Assembly: GCF_006345805.1 (NCBI RefSeq) | Contig: NW_021827878.1 | Location: 1-9,605 of the forward strand | Length of the DNA stretch: 9,605 nucleotides | Origin: Octopus sinensis | Taxonomy: Eukaryota | Direction: 5' to 3' | In this document: piece by piece, positions 7,847 to 9,605 of the stretch | How positions within the stretch are numbered: the stretch's first letter is position 1 | Layout: every line of letters starts with the position of its first letter | The notes under the pieces: generated by a model | The model's database searches: none | Seen by the model: the letters and a program-made list of their open reading frames with translations, nothing else | What the model was told of the DNA's origin: nothing | Program-made: the position numbers and the translations under genes

Positions 7847-8275
7847 GCTAGCACCAACACCATCACCACAGTTACTACTACTACTACTACCATCACCACC
7901 ATCGCTGTTCTTGTTGTTACAACAACTACTGCTACCACCACCACCACCATCAGCAGCAGCAGCAGCAGCAGCATCATCATCATGATTATTACCACCCGTC
8001 GCCATCGACATCGCCGCCGCTGCTCGCTATTTGGTACTGGCCAACCAACTAACCAGCCAACCAGTCGATCTACCGACCGACCGACCGGCCGACCGTCCCA
8101 CCAACCCTTACTGTCACGATGACTCTAACTGCACCCTCACCTCTTACCACTACCACTACCACTGCCACTACTACTGCGGTTTAGTTTTTTTTTTTATTTG
8201 CTTATCGTCCCCTCCCCTTCCTTCTTCCTTCCTCGTCGTTAAAGCCTTTCGCTTTCTCCTCCTCCGCCTTCTTCT

Positions 8276-8315
<40 letters not shown>

Positions 8316-8614
8316 TGTTGTTCTTCGCTTCGCACAAAGATGTTGCCATCAGTTTCAATGTCGCTTGGTTGACAAGTTACAAACTGCTGGTCATAGAGAT
8401 GATGATGATGATGATGATGATGATGTTGATGACGATGGTGGTGGTGGTGGTGGTGGCGGTGGTGGTGGTGGTGGTGGTGAGCTGTTGCTGTTGTTAATTG
8501 TTATTGTTATTGTCGGTTAGTTCTCCCTCCCTCCCTTCCCACCACCACCACCACCACCACCACCCATCTAGATCAGACCTGATCGAACTGACTTCGTTAT
8601 CATCGTCTTCATCG

Positions 8615-8648
<34 letters not shown>

Positions 8649-9536
8649 TCAATCGTCATCGTCATCATTATCATTATCATTATTATTATGAAAGACCATT
8701 CCAGCCGCGACGATCCCGTTTTATTGTTAAATCTAGGACGTTTTAAAGACGGTAGGTGGTAGCATGGTTTAGTGGTGATGGTAGTAGTTGTGGTGGTGGT
8801 GGTGGTGGTGGTAGTGGTGGTCGTCGCCGTCGTGTTGACGGAGATAGCGGCGGACGTGGTAGCGGTGGTGGCGGGGGTTGGAGGTGGCGGCGGTAGTGGA
8901 AACGGTATCAGAGGTGCAGATGGCGGGTGGGGGGAACGGGGTAGGGGTGATATGAATGTTTATCTCTAGATCATGCCTTATATACAAAGACGCTCCAGCT
9001 GTGACCATCCCCTGTTTTTCTTTTTTTTTCTTTTCTTATATACAAACTACCCGGTTTCCACCCACCCACCCACCCACCGCCACCACAACCACCACCCACC
9101 GCCACCACAACCACCACCCACCCCACCACCACCACAACCACCCACCCCACCACCACCACCACCACCTTCAGGACTACATATCTAAACGGCTTGTCCTCCT
9201 TTTTTTTTTAGTCAGTGGACTATTATGTTTATCTGAGGTTCCGCTGTTATTTCTAACACGCTCGGCTTGTACCAGTTGCCATTATTTGCTGTCGATGGAG
9301 TCAAGCTCTTCCATCCGTGACCATCGTTCAGACTTGTACGAGGACTATATATATATATATATATTATGCTATGTATGTACGATGTCTTTTTGCATTTTGA
9401 AGACAGCTAGGCGGGGAGGGGGCGGCGGGTGTAGAGGAGCGGAATGGTGCGACTTGAGAGAGCTTTTAGCTACTACTTCTTGTAGATCGAGCGTTCTACA
9501 CAGAGGCTCTCTCGTTGATTGTGATGGTAATTTCTT

Positions 9537-9567
<31 letters not shown>

Positions 9568-9590
9568 AATAGGTAATAGTAGTAGTACCA
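7305..9590. repeat. Mosaic of trinucleotide microsatellites (GAT, GGT, GCT, ACC, ACT, AGC, CGT, CAT, CTA) separated by short unique spacers
   Basis: Directly visible blocks at about 7305-7625, 7752-7995, 8277-8318, 8398-8512, 8539-8690, 8768-8895, 9058-9166 and 9538-9570. Confidence 0.95.
7626..7750. promoter_or_regulatory. CpG-rich unique spacer, possible regulatory element
   Basis: High CpG density for this AT-rich window, with acgtca (CRE half-site) and gccaat (CCAAT) words. No transcript evidence. Confidence 0.2.
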
Positions 9591-9605
9591 GTGGTTGTAA
9601 TATAA

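Overview
Repeat-saturated eukaryotic DNA with no intact protein-coding gene that I can support. The SINE sequences and the microsatellite load look like a cephalopod (probably Octopus) intron or intergenic region; this is recognition from memory, not a search result. Nearly all ORFs in the track come from simple repeats. The window holds a decayed non-LTR retrotransposon fragment (1-175) and a ~960 bp element bounded by direct repeats (420-1380). It also holds two tRNA-derived SINE types, one present as a head plus three tandem bodies, and two small hAT-like MITE remnants. There is an unusual cluster of fold-back structures: a 693 bp palindrome with a (CCCTAA)n core (1880-2572), a related 409 bp MITE with perfect 31 bp TIRs (5398-5806), a related perfect 62 bp hairpin (3415-3476) and an unrelated ~500 bp palindrome (6434-6931). 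The last 2.3 kb is a mosaic of trinucleotide repeats. The best candidate for something undescribed is the GGATC-ended, telomere-repeat-bearing fold-back family, seen here in three structural forms.
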